64,000 bases of DNA, from positions 1,504,001 through 1,568,000 of the forward strand of contig OZ252149.1 of assembly GCA_965248755.1 (NCBI GenBank), written 5' to 3'. The notes below the pieces were generated by a model, which worked only from the letters and a program-made list of their open reading frames with translations, was not told where the DNA came from and did no database searches. Positions 1 to 10,616 of this stretch are shown one piece after another; the first letter of the stretch is position 1; every line of letters starts with the position of its first letter. The position numbers and the translations under genes are program-made. Source of the DNA: Candidatus Latescibacterota bacterium (GTDB lineage Bacteria > Latescibacterota > CBDEFO01).

Positions 1-939
1 AGCCAATCTTTTGCCTACGTTTGCCCCTGTGACCCTGGAAAATATCGTCGTTCCTTCATCAGTCGTCCTGAACACCACAATGGGCTGTCCCTGATTCTCA
101 AAGCTCCTCCCCGTAGATACGTTGGCATCCTCTATAATATCCCCTGTCGCCTCATAATTCGACCTGACATAATAGAGCGGATACACCGCGTTCGGGTCTG
201 TACCTTCGGGCTTGCCAAGGACAAACTCACTGTCCTTGGGAATGACTTCCTTTACCCTGGGATTGTTCAAAATCAGTTTGACCTTGTTTATCCGCTTAAC
301 CGGGACTGCTATATCGTCTCTTCGGAAGCCTACTAACAAGGACGTAAATGGATGAGCCTCCTTTGCTTCTTCCTCTTCGAACAGTCCCTCCTGTTCCACC
401 TTGGCGGTATCGGCGGCAGCCGTTACCGCCGCTTCTGAAGTATCCTCCGCTGCAGTCCCTGCAAGGGCGGCATCTATCTTGTTCAGGATATTGCTCAGAT
501 CCTCAGGCTCTCTTACAAGCTTGAACTCCAATCTTGCCGTCTGACCTATCAGCTTCTTGGCCCTTTCGATGTCCTGAACGCCCGGAAGCTCGATTACAAT
601 CCTGTTTTCGCCCTCTTTGTGGATTACAGGCTCAGACACACCGAACTGATCTATTCTGTTCCTTATCACTTCAATCGCCCGATCCACCGCATCGCTCTTT
701 GCATCCTCTGAAAGACCGGTAAAATCGACCTCCATGACCAGATGTATTCCCCCCTGAAGATCCAATCCCAACTTCATAGCTCTGCCCTTTAAGTCCTCAA
801 ACCGGTCAGGATCTTGCATTTCCAACTCGATCAATTTGTCAGCCGGCATCGTATAGAAATTGAAAGTAGGATACAGATACCACAGAGCAATCACAATCAA
901 TACGCCCACAAGTGCAAGCTGTAACTTATCTTTCCTCAT
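1..939 (-). CDS. secD: Protein translocase subunit SecD (5' part; runs off the window edge)
   Basis: Manual translation from ATG at 939: MRKDKLQLALVGVLIVIALWYLYPTF...AMKLGLDLQGGIHLVMEVD. The LGLDLxGG motif after an N-terminal TM helix is typical of SecD. Confidence 0.92.
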   Translation of the reverse strand, partial: MRKDKLQLALVGVLIVIALWYLYPTFNFYTMPADKLIELEMQDPDRFEDLKGRAMKLGLDLQGGIHLVMEVDFTGLSEDAKSDAVDRAIEVIRNRIDQFGVSEPVIHKEGENRIVIELPGVQDIERAKKLIGQTARLEFKLVREPEDLSNILNKIDAALAGTAAEDTSEAAVTAAADTAKVEQEGLFEEEEAKEAHPFTSLLVGFRRDDIAVPVKRINKVKLILNNPRVKEVIPKDSEFVLGKPEGTDPNAVYPLYYVRSNYEATGDIIEDANVSTGRSFENQGQPIVVFRTTDEGTTIFSRVTGANVGKRLA

Positions 940-990
940 TTCCTGTCCTTAATATAGCAAACAAGTTAATAAACTTCTGCCTTCCGATTG

Positions 991-2154
991 TCAAAATAGA
1001 TCAGATATTAAAATATACATACTTGCAACGTTTTTGCAAGCCTTTTTTGTGATCTTTCTGTCGGGTAAAGGCACATGGTATCCACCCTTGATAAAGATAG
1101 AGAGGAGAGAGTCAAGAATCAAGACTGGGAAGTTAAAAAGTTGAGGGTCGAGGTTTTCTGTGGGTGTATGTTCGGTTGCTATGTGCAGAGGGGTTTGGGA
1201 TTCTTTGCAGCTATTATGTCTTTGGGTATTGAAGAACCACTGATAAGTCTGGAGTTTCCGGCAGAGGTTGGCACGGTTGATAGTCTTGATGGTGTCGTAG
1301 AATTCATATTCGATTAGGCCGTGGGCGCGTTCTACATCGGATTGGTATGTAGTAGCCCCTGGTGGGATGCGTTTATGTTCTATGCCTCTTTGTTGGATGA
1401 GGTCGGTAAAGAGGGTCTTTTTGAGGGCATCCTTTGTATTGACGAATTCGCTGCCGTTGTCGGTTTGGATCTTTCGTGGATAGACCTTGTGGTCTTCCAG
1501 GTGTTGGAGTAATGCTTCGGCGAAGATGCAGGAGTTGATCAGGCTCTGTTCGTCTGCCAGGCTTACGAAGAGACCGCCTGTCTTGATATCTCTGGCAGTA
1601 TACTCAAACATAGGGAGTTGGGCACCTGTTTTGTAGTGTTGTTTCAGGTAGTTGGGGATATCGCACAGATGTTTGACATCGATCTGGATATATTCAAAAG
1701 GGCGTAGTTTCTTTTTCCACTGGCAGACAAGTGCCTTTCTCTTCCATTTTCGCATGTGTTTCTTTATGAGATTGTGTTTTTTCCAGATAGCATAGGCAGT
1801 CTGTTTGGAGGGGATTTGATCAATTGGAACATTCTGTTTTTGCAGAAAGCCCAATAGATAGGGATATCCCAAAGAAGGATGGGTCTGTCTGAACTTTACA
1901 ATCAGCTTTCTGATCTCCTGCGGTAGCAAACAGTGAGGGTTTATGGGTGCTTTCGTATGATTTTCTAGATTCTTCAAGGATCGGTCTTCAAGATAACGTT
2001 TCAGCCATTTTCTTATGCTCTTGCGTGTTGTATTAAAAGCCCTTGCAGCATACGAGACACCGTATTGTTGAGCAGTCTGAACCATCTTGATACGAAGATC
2101 AACAGGATTACGATTAAGAACAAGAACATCACTATAAGTGATAGCATTCTCCAT
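991..2154 (-). CDS. DDE integrase-core transposase with N-terminal HTH (IS481-like)
   Basis: Motifs QIDVK, IQTDNGSEF and VERAH (DDE). ATG at 2154 is preceded by the RBS AAGGAGG. Confidence 0.88.
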   Translation of the reverse strand: MENAITYSDVLVLNRNPVDLRIKMVQTAQQYGVSYAARAFNTTRKSIRKWLKRYLEDRSLKNLENHTKAPINPHCLLPQEIRKLIVKFRQTHPSLGYPYLLGFLQKQNVPIDQIPSKQTAYAIWKKHNLIKKHMRKWKRKALVCQWKKKLRPFEYIQIDVKHLCDIPNYLKQHYKTGAQLPMFEYTARDIKTGGLFVSLADEQSLINSCIFAEALLQHLEDHKVYPRKIQTDNGSEFVNTKDALKKTLFTDLIQQRGIEHKRIPPGATTYQSDVERAHGLIEYEFYDTIKTINRANLCRKLQTYQWFFNTQRHNSCKESQTPLHIATEHTPTENLDPQLFNFPVLILDSLLSIFIKGGYHVPLPDRKITKKACKNVASMYILISDLF

Positions 2155-2236
2155 GGTATCTACCCTCCTTTTTTCAGTCCTCACCTAAATATAGGCAAAA
2201 TTATCCCATAAGGGTGCATACCATGTGTCTTTACTC
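1063..2236 (-). mobile_element. IS481-like insertion sequence
   Basis: About 25-bp imperfect terminal inverted repeats: GTAAAGGCACATGGTATCCACCCTT at 1065-1089 and AAGGGTGCATACCATGTGTCTTTAC at 2210-2234. They flank a transposase. Exact ends and TSD are unresolved. Confidence 0.8.
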
Positions 2237-2258
2237 TTCTTCAACTGGCATTTTTCTA

Positions 2259-2287
2259 TTGACATCCAGAAAAGGATTAATTATATT
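2259..2287 (+). promoter_or_regulatory. Sigma70-type promoter of the pyr operon
   Basis: TTGACA-17 bp-TATATT upstream of the PyrR leader. Confidence 0.7.
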
Positions 2288-2375
2288 TGGTTGTAACAAG
2301 AAAACTTGGGCGTTCTGTCCAAAAGCATAATTTTTATCTACCGTCTACTCTAATACACATTGGGTGCGATGAAAA

Positions 2376-2415
2376 AGGCGACTTTAATCTGGTCCAGAGA
2401 GGCCAGCAAGTGCCT
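2376..2415 (+). promoter_or_regulatory. PyrR-binding RNA (anti-antiterminator)
   Basis: CTTTAATCTGGTCCAGAGAGGCCAG matches the PyrR binding-loop consensus (CUUUAA...GUCCAGAGAGGC) and lies directly upstream of pyrR. Confidence 0.9.
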
Positions 2416-2432
2416 GACTTGCTATCAGGAGC

Positions 2433-2472
2433 AAAAATGCCCTCTTGTCTTTTATGACATGAGGGCATTTTT
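2433..2472 (+). terminator. Attenuator terminator of the pyr leader
   Basis: AAAAATGCCCTC-TTGTC...GACAT-GAGGGCATTTTT hairpin with a T-run. Confidence 0.85.
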
Positions 2473-2545
2473 GTATCCGGCTTAACAACTAAATAGGGCG
2501 CCTCAGCTCCCTGTATCTGTGTACTGTCCACTATTGAAGAGGTGA

Positions 2546-4110
<1,565 letters not shown>

Positions 4111-4123
4111 ACAGGAAACGTCA

Positions 4124-4149
4124 GTAGGGGTAAACCTGTGTGTTCTCCC
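4124..4149 (+). repeat. GTAG-type REP-like palindrome (family also at 5690-5715 and 29719-29742)
   Basis: GTAGGGGTAAACCTGTGTGTTCTCCC resembles GTAGGGGCAGACCCGTGTGTCTGCCC at 5690. Confidence 0.6.
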
Positions 4150-4182
4150 AGTAGATTGGTACATCCGTGCGGTCCTTGTGAT

Positions 4183-4221
4183 CCCGATTGAATCCCCGAT
4201 TGAGTCTATCGGGGATCGGGG
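4183..4221. repeat. Nested pair of the 21-bp palindromic element
   Basis: CCCGATTGAAT[CCCCGATTGAGTCTATCGGGG]ATCGGGG. Confidence 0.85.
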
Positions 4222-4353
4222 AAGCCCAGAGCCCTTAGCCCAGAGCGAAGCGAAGGGCCTGCGAAGTTCCAGTGAAGAGATCTTATGTTGCAGTTACAAC
4301 AGGATACAGCACTGCAGATAGGGGCAAAGGCAAGTAGATTCCTGGAGGCATAA

Positions 4354-5673
4354 GTGTCAAGTAGTTCAAAAGGATATAGAGGGATCCTGATCAAAGGTGG
4401 GAAAGTTTTAGATCCGGCCATTGGTCTGGAGAGCGAAAAGGATGTATTGATCGAGGACGGGACTATAAAGAAAATAGATAGAGACATCGCCGAAGAAGAC
4501 GGTCTGGAGGTCATAAGGGCAAAAGGTTTAGTCGTAACACCAGGGCTTATAGATATGCACGTTCATCTGAGGGAGCCGGGCAGGGAGGACGAAGAGACGA
4601 TAGCTTCGGGAACGGACGCTGCTGCGGCTGGAGGGTTTACGGCTGTAGCCTGCCTGCCGAACACAGAGCCGCCTATCGATAATGCCGGCATCGTGAGGTC
4701 TGTGATAGAAAGAGCGCAAGGAGCAAAAGCAAAGGTCTATCCCATAGCGGCGATAACCAAGGGACAGGCGGGCGCAGAGTTGACAGAGATGGGCGATCTT
4801 GTGGATGCCGGGGCTGTAGGGTTCTCAGACGACGGCCTCCCCGTGGAGGACGCCTCTGTGATGAGGAACGCACTGGAGTACTCCGGAATGTTCAACGTCC
4901 CGATCTTGACTCACTCGGAGATAAGATCTTTGACACAGGGCGGCCATATGAACGAGGGGCGCTGCTCGTCTATCTTGGGGATCAAGGGAATGCCAAGAGA
5001 AGCTGAAGAGTTGATGATCGCACGGGATATTTCTCTGGTCGAAAAGACAAAGGGCGGTGCGACCACTCCGTGCAGACTCCATGTCCTGCATGTCAGCACG
5101 AAGGGTTCTGTGGAGCTGATCAGAGAGGCGAAGAAGAGAGACCTGCCCGTAACATGCGAGGTGACACCCCATCATTTTACCCTCACCGAGGATGAGGTAA
5201 TGACGTTCAACACGAACTCCAAGATGAGCCCGCCTTTGAGGACAGCGGAGGATATTGAAGAGATTAGGTGCGGCCTGAGCGACGGCACAATTGACGCAAT
5301 CGCGACCGATCACGCCCCACATTCAAGGGAGGAGAAGGAGACCGAATTTGAGGAGGCTCCCTTCGGGATATTGGGACTTGAGACGGCCCTTGGATTGGTA
5401 ATCACACAGTTAGTGGAGCCTGAAATTCTGTCCTTGAGCGAGGCGATATATAAAATGACCGTTGTACCTGCCAGGATACTCGGAATTGAAGGAGGAGAAT
5501 TGAGGATAGGTGGAAAGGCCGACGTTGCGATTATGGATCCCAATTTGGAGTGGACTGTGGACGTGGAAAGCTTCAAGTCACTCTCAAAGAATAGCCCGTT
5601 TGACGGGATGAAATTGAAGGGGAGGGCAGTAGCAACTATCCTTGACGGGGAAATCGTGCACAGGATTCAGTAA
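4354..5673 (+). CDS. pyrC: Dihydroorotase
   Basis: Motifs DMHVHLREPG and ATDHAPH; pyr operon context. Confidence 0.96.
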   Translation: MSSSSKGYRGILIKGGKVLDPAIGLESEKDVLIEDGTIKKIDRDIAEEDGLEVIRAKGLVVTPGLIDMHVHLREPGREDEETIASGTDAAAAGGFTAVACLPNTEPPIDNAGIVRSVIERAQGAKAKVYPIAAITKGQAGAELTEMGDLVDAGAVGFSDDGLPVEDASVMRNALEYSGMFNVPILTHSEIRSLTQGGHMNEGRCSSILGIKGMPREAEELMIARDISLVEKTKGGATTPCRLHVLHVSTKGSVELIREAKKRDLPVTCEVTPHHFTLTEDEVMTFNTNSKMSPPLRTAEDIEEIRCGLSDGTIDAIATDHAPHSREEKETEFEEAPFGILGLETALGLVITQLVEPEILSLSEAIYKMTVVPARILGIEGGELRIGGKADVAIMDPNLEWTVDVESFKSLSKNSPFDGMKLKGRAVATILDGEIVHRIQ

Positions 5674-5689
5674 CAGTAGATAACGTACA

Positions 5690-5715
5690 GTAGGGGCAGA
5701 CCCGTGTGTCTGCCC
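5690..5715 (+). repeat. GTAG-type REP-like palindrome
   Basis: GTAG followed by the hairpin GGGCAGAC-CCGTGT-GTCTGCCC. Confidence 0.7.
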
Positions 5716-5877
5716 TGGTTAGTGGGGTAATTCCTGGTTTCGTAGCGGCAAGATCAGCTCACCCCAAGGGCATTGAAACACTGTCCCCACATTAATTTTG
5801 CAGCGTAAGCTTGCTCATATAGTCCGAACAGGTGGCTTCACCCCTACAGATGTCTACCTAAAGGCGAAGAGAAAGAG

Positions 5878-7071
5878 ATGAACACTAAGCAGGCAAAGGC
5901 GATATTGGCGTTGGAAGATGGAACCGTATATGAGGGATATTCGTTCGGGGCAGTAGGCGAAAGCTCAGGTGAAATTGTGTTCAATACCAGCATGACAGGC
6001 TATCAGGAAATTTTGACCGATCCGTCCTACAAGGGACAGATTATCACAATGACCTATCCGCTTATTGGCAACTGCGGTGTGAATGAAGAGGATTTCGAGT
6101 CGTTGCGCCCTCATGTTGAGGGCTTCATCGTGCGCGAATGCTGCAAAGTCCCCAGCAGTTGGCGCTCCCAAAAGTCACTTCCAGAGTTCCTCAAAGAGTT
6201 CGACATCATCGGCGTCGAAGGTGTAGATACAAGAGAACTTACGCGCCGTATCCGCATACACGGAGTGATGAACGCAGTCATTTCGACACAGGACCTGGAT
6301 CCGAAGAGCATGATAAGAAAGGCGAAAACCTTCCCCGGCTTGGAAAAGATCGATCTGGTCAAAGAGGTCACATGCACAGAACCGTATGAGGTGGGTCCGG
6401 AAAATCCCCGCTTTCACGTTGTCGCCTTCGACTACGGCATCAAGAGGAATATACTGAGGAAGTTGGTGGAAAAGGATTGTCGAGTGAGCGTAGTTCCCGC
6501 CATCACCACTGCCGAAGGGGCTCTTGCATACGACCCCGATGGCATATTTCTCTCAAACGGACCGGGCGATCCGAGGTCCGTCTCCTACGCCGTAGAGACG
6601 TGCAGGGATCTTATCGGAACCAGACCGATCTTCGGCATCTGTCTTGGCCATGAGATATTGGGACTGGCTCTTGGAGCCAAGATCTTCAAGCTCAAGTTCG
6701 GACATCGCGGTGCAAACCAGCCCATCAAGGAGATGGACACAGGACGCATCCTGATCACCTCCGAAAACCACGGGTTCGGAATAGATGGCGGCACACTCCC
6801 CGATTCCGTGGAGGCGACCCGGATCAACCTGAACGACGGAGTGGTCGAGGGTCTGCGACACAAGGAGTTTCCGGTATTCTCCATACAGTGCCATCCAGAA
6901 GCGTCGCCTGGACCACACGACAGCTTTCACCTCTTTGAGAACTTCGTGCAGATAATGGAACAGTATAAAAATAAAGGAAAAAATAAAAATGATAGCGGGC
7001 GTAATAAAGACAAGGCTTTCAAGAATAGCCGACGACAGAGGCTTTCTAACCGAGATACTAAGATGCGATGA
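5878..7071 (+). CDS. carA: Carbamoyl-phosphate synthase small subunit
   Basis: Motifs FNTSMTGYQE, SNGPGDP, GICLGH, HPEASPGPHD. Confidence 0.97.
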   Translation: MNTKQAKAILALEDGTVYEGYSFGAVGESSGEIVFNTSMTGYQEILTDPSYKGQIITMTYPLIGNCGVNEEDFESLRPHVEGFIVRECCKVPSSWRSQKSLPEFLKEFDIIGVEGVDTRELTRRIRIHGVMNAVISTQDLDPKSMIRKAKTFPGLEKIDLVKEVTCTEPYEVGPENPRFHVVAFDYGIKRNILRKLVEKDCRVSVVPAITTAEGALAYDPDGIFLSNGPGDPRSVSYAVETCRDLIGTRPIFGICLGHEILGLALGAKIFKLKFGHRGANQPIKEMDTGRILITSENHGFGIDGGTLPDSVEATRINLNDGVVEGLRHKEFPVFSIQCHPEASPGPHDSFHLFENFVQIMEQYKNKGKNKNDSGRNKDKAFKNSRRQRLSNRDTKMR

Positions 7072-7438
7072 CCCTCACTTTGTCAAGTTTGGACAGGTCT
7101 ATGTCACGACAGGTAGAAAAGGGGTGATCAAGGCGTGGCACGCTCACAGACTTCAGACGGATAACTTCTACGTGATAAAGGGAACCGCCAAAATCGGGCT
7201 CCACGACGACAGAGAAGAAAGTCCCACAAAGGGAGAGTATATGCAGGTAGCTTTGGGAGAAGAGGGCGAGGATGCGCGTTTAACGATCCCTCCTTTCGTC
7301 TGGCACGGCTTTGTGTCCTTAAGCCAGATGTGCTACGTGCTCAACGTGGTCTCCGAGCCGTATAATAGAGAAAATCCTGACGAACTTAGAGTCCCGATAG
7401 AAGCCTTCGAGGACATCTGGACTATAAAGAGCAGGTAG
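6989..7438 (+). CDS. dTDP-4-dehydrorhamnose 3,5-epimerase (RmlC)-like cupin
   Basis: Motifs DDRGFLTE, KAWHAH, IPPFVWHGF. Confidence 0.85.
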   Translation: MIAGVIKTRLSRIADDRGFLTEILRCDDPHFVKFGQVYVTTGRKGVIKAWHAHRLQTDNFYVIKGTAKIGLHDDREESPTKGEYMQVALGEEGEDARLTIPPFVWHGFVSLSQMCYVLNVVSEPYNRENPDELRVPIEAFEDIWTIKSR

Positions 7439-7583
7439 GCAAGTAGATAAAATACACGGCATCGCCTCTCCGCCTGATTATTGGGCGAGGGAACCTCGCC
7501 CGTACCTTCTGTCTAATGTCTGCCAGATTGCTTGCTTTCCCCGAAAAAGTTCTCGGATATCCCCGTTAAGAGGAAGATAGCCA

Positions 7584-7824
7584 TCTGAACCAGATACATA
7601 AGGCCACCAATGCAGAATACCTATTACAAGATTCTACGAGATGAAGGCAAGTACTGCCCCCGATTGAACCTATCGGGGGGGAAATCCCAGAATGTAAAGG
7701 TGTCTGCGCCACTGCCGACGGTCTCGAAAGTTGTAGAGTGGAACTCGACGAAGTGCTCGAAGATTGGATTCTATTTCGAGTGTATAGAAATCTATCCCTA
7801 CCTTTAATTGCTGGCAACAGATGA
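7584..7824 (+). pseudogene. hicB: HicB-family antitoxin remnant, frameshifted by a palindrome insertion
   Basis: Joined frames read RYIRPPMQNTYYKILRDEGKYC / GEIPECKGVCATADGLESCRVELDEVLEDWILFRVYRNLSLP, which is the HicB pattern. The break coincides with the element at 7658-7678 and the start codon is degraded. Confidence 0.8.
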
Positions 7825-7927
7825 AAGTACAGTTATTAAGTTTAGTATCCACTGCTTCCTCCTTCGTTCGATTTACCTACTCATAATCTTATTGTTTAAT
7901 AGAATAAGCTAATTTTAGGAGCAAGAG

Positions 7928-8857
7928 ATGTCTGAACAGAATTTAAGAGGAGTATTTGCCATCCCTGTAACTCCTTTCAAAGAAGATGGTCAACTCGATA
8001 TTGAATCTTTGGATAGATGTGTGGATTTTTGCCTTGAACATGGATCGCATGGAATTGTCATGCCGGTAAATGCAAGTGAAATTTCGACATTGACTGACCG
8101 GGAATGGGAGAGAGTTATTAGTGCAGGAATCTCGAGAGTTGACAGCAGAGTTCCATTTGTTGCCGGTATAAGTGGAAATTCGTTAGAGCATTCTGTTGAG
8201 AGGGCGAAAAAAGCTCAGGATTTTGGTGCTGGATCTTTGATGGCTATGCCTCCTGGAACAGAAGCGAACAGGGATAATATTAAGCAATTTTACGAAAAAG
8301 TAGCTGATTCAGTTCAGATACCAATATGGATTCAAAATAATAAGCCCCCTAAAATGGTTTCAATACCGACAGATGTGTCTATTGATCTATTAAGAAATGT
8401 TCCTAATATAAAGTATTTAAAGGAGGAAAGTGATTATCCCGGTCATGTAATGAGTAAAGTATTAGAAGAAGCAGGGGAATTCTGTAAATCCATAATGGGA
8501 GGTTTGGGAGGAAGATTTCTCTTGGATGAATTTAGAAGAGGGTCTGCTGGAACGATGCCGGCAGGGCATTACACTGACCTTCAAGTGAAAATATGGAAGG
8601 CCCTAGAAAAAGGCAAGAGAAACGATGATGGTACAAGAGAAATCACAAGAGAAGCCAGAGGCTTATGGGAGAAACTATTACCATCGTTAAACTTTGAGTT
8701 TATGTTTGGTGTAACCGCGTACAAATTAATTTTATGGAAAAGAGGCGTAATATCATCTCCTGCGACCCGTATTCCTACTCGAAGACCTTTTGACGACAAA
8801 GATATGCTTGAACTTGATGAGATCATGAAGAATATGCAAGATGTATTGGATTCTTAG
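7928..8857 (+). CDS. Dihydrodipicolinate synthase (DapA)-family aldolase/lyase
   Basis: GVFAIPVTPF and a Schiff-base Lys in YLKEES. Noticeably AT-richer than its flanks. Confidence 0.85.
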   Translation: MSEQNLRGVFAIPVTPFKEDGQLDIESLDRCVDFCLEHGSHGIVMPVNASEISTLTDREWERVISAGISRVDSRVPFVAGISGNSLEHSVERAKKAQDFGAGSLMAMPPGTEANRDNIKQFYEKVADSVQIPIWIQNNKPPKMVSIPTDVSIDLLRNVPNIKYLKEESDYPGHVMSKVLEEAGEFCKSIMGGLGGRFLLDEFRRGSAGTMPAGHYTDLQVKIWKALEKGKRNDDGTREITREARGLWEKLLPSLNFEFMFGVTAYKLILWKRGVISSPATRIPTRRPFDDKDMLELDEIMKNMQDVLDS

Positions 8858-8940
8858 CGACACTTAATAGTGTTTTTTCACTTCTTTTACATATGCTAAG
8901 GAATAAGATACACTTAGGAAGCAGAGTAATGCCCCTTTAG

Positions 8941-10287
8941 GGGTGTGTAAGGAAATTTGTGTAAATGGGGAAATGAGTTATATTAGTTGTCCACCATTTA
9001 CATAAGGAGTTCTTACATGGACAAGCTAGACCCGAAGTTGATTGATGAGCTTTTGAAGGATTACAAGAAGCCGGAAGACATAATTGGTGAGGAAGGTCTT
9101 TTGAAGCAGTTGACGAAGGCGATTCTTGAGCGGGCTCTGGAGTCAGAGCTTACGTATGAGTTAGGCTACGATAAGAGTTCTCCAGAAGGGAGGAACAGCG
9201 GTAATTCGCGCAACGGTAGGAGCACAAAGGGATTGAAGACAGATTATGGTGATCTGGAGATATCGGTGCCACGGGATCGGAACAGTCAGTTTGATCCGCA
9301 GATAGTGAGGAAGGGGCAGAGGCGATTTACAGGCTTTGATGATAAGATACTGTCTATGTATGCCCGAGGGATGACCACACGTGATATACAGGCTCATTTG
9401 GAGGAGATATACGGTGTAGAGGTGTCCCCTGATTTGATATCGACTGTGACCGATGGGATCATATCAGAGGTGAAGCAGTGGCAGGATCGTCCTTTGGAAG
9501 GGGTGTATCCCATAGTATTCTTTGATTCTCTGGTGATGAAGATTAGAGACGAAGGCCGGATCGTAAACAAGGCGGTGTATCTTGCGGTAGGGGTCGGTCT
9601 GGATGGGATGAAAGACGTTTTGGGTATCTGGATTGCAAAGAGCGAGGGGGCGAAGTTCTGGCTGCAAGTTTTCACGGAGCTTAAGAATCGGGGGATGAAC
9701 GATGTGTTGATAGCTTGCGTGGATGGTCTCCAGGGTCTTCCAGAGGCTATTGAATCCGTATTTCCCCAAGCAGAGGTCCAGCTCTGTATTGTCCATGTGG
9801 TGAGGAATTCCTTGAAGTTCGTGTCGTATAGGGATCGTAAGAAGATTGCCGCCGACCTCAAGAATATATACCGAGCCCCCACGGTAGAACAGGCTGAAGA
9901 GGCCCTTGGAGATTTTCAGGAGGCTTGGGACAGCCGTTATCCGATGATAAGTAAATCGTGGCAGAATAACTGGTCTCGGATCATCCCGTTTTTCGCCTAC
10001 TCTGAAGAGATCCGAAGGGTGATCTATACCACAAACGCCATCGAATCGCTTAATAACTCTCTACGGAAAGTAATAAAGAACAGAAATAGCTTCCCAAACG
10101 ACGAGACAGCGATTAAGTTACTCTATATGACACTCAAGAATATCAAGAAAAAATGGACGATGCCGATCAGGAACTGGAGCTTGGCCATTCACCAATTCTC
10201 CATCCACTTCGAGGGGAGATTTGGTATAGAATAAGCCGAAAAGGGTACAGAAGAAAATCCCATTTACACAAAAAAACTGACAGACCC
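8941..10287 (+). mobile_element. IS256-family element, copy 1 (1347 bp)
   Basis: Terminal IRs GGGTGTGTAAGGAAATTTGTGTAAATGGG and CCCATTTACACAAAAAAACTGACAGACCC. Ends are defined by comparison with copy 2. Confidence 0.95.
9017..10234 (+). CDS. IS256-family (Mutator) transposase
   Basis: Motifs VPRDR, MYARGMTTRDI, QLCIVH, IYTTNAIES. Confidence 0.96.
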   Translation: MDKLDPKLIDELLKDYKKPEDIIGEEGLLKQLTKAILERALESELTYELGYDKSSPEGRNSGNSRNGRSTKGLKTDYGDLEISVPRDRNSQFDPQIVRKGQRRFTGFDDKILSMYARGMTTRDIQAHLEEIYGVEVSPDLISTVTDGIISEVKQWQDRPLEGVYPIVFFDSLVMKIRDEGRIVNKAVYLAVGVGLDGMKDVLGIWIAKSEGAKFWLQVFTELKNRGMNDVLIACVDGLQGLPEAIESVFPQAEVQLCIVHVVRNSLKFVSYRDRKKIAADLKNIYRAPTVEQAEEALGDFQEAWDSRYPMISKSWQNNWSRIIPFFAYSEEIRRVIYTTNAIESLNNSLRKVIKNRNSFPNDETAIKLLYMTLKNIKKKWTMPIRNWSLAIHQFSIHFEGRFGIE

Positions 10288-10373
10288 AATTTTTCCTTCA
10301 TATGAATGCCTATCAAGTAACTTGTCTGTCTAAAGAAGGTTTATACAGATTTCTATGCTATTAACCTATATAC

Positions 10374-10616
10374 TGCGGTGCTCCCCTGGAAAGCGACACC
10401 GATTAAGCAACCACGGGTAGCAGATAAGCTGGCTAATACCATTTTCCCGCCATAGTTCCGATACATTACCGCCTCTCAAAAGACCCAGCACAACCTCTAT
10501 CTTAGGAGTCACCACCCAGCGCGTACCATCCTTCACTTCGGCGCTTGACACTCTGAGCTACTTTCTCAAACCCTAATTTGCGAAATATTTGTCGCTCTGT
10601 CAAGGAGAGCGGTCTG
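10374..10616 (-). mobile_element. Internally deleted (MITE-like) derivative of the IS3-family element at 43822-45087
   Basis: Both ends and the first ~40 codons of orfA align by eye to the full element. Flanks are ATAC/ATCC, a possible decayed 4-bp TSD. Confidence 0.85.
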
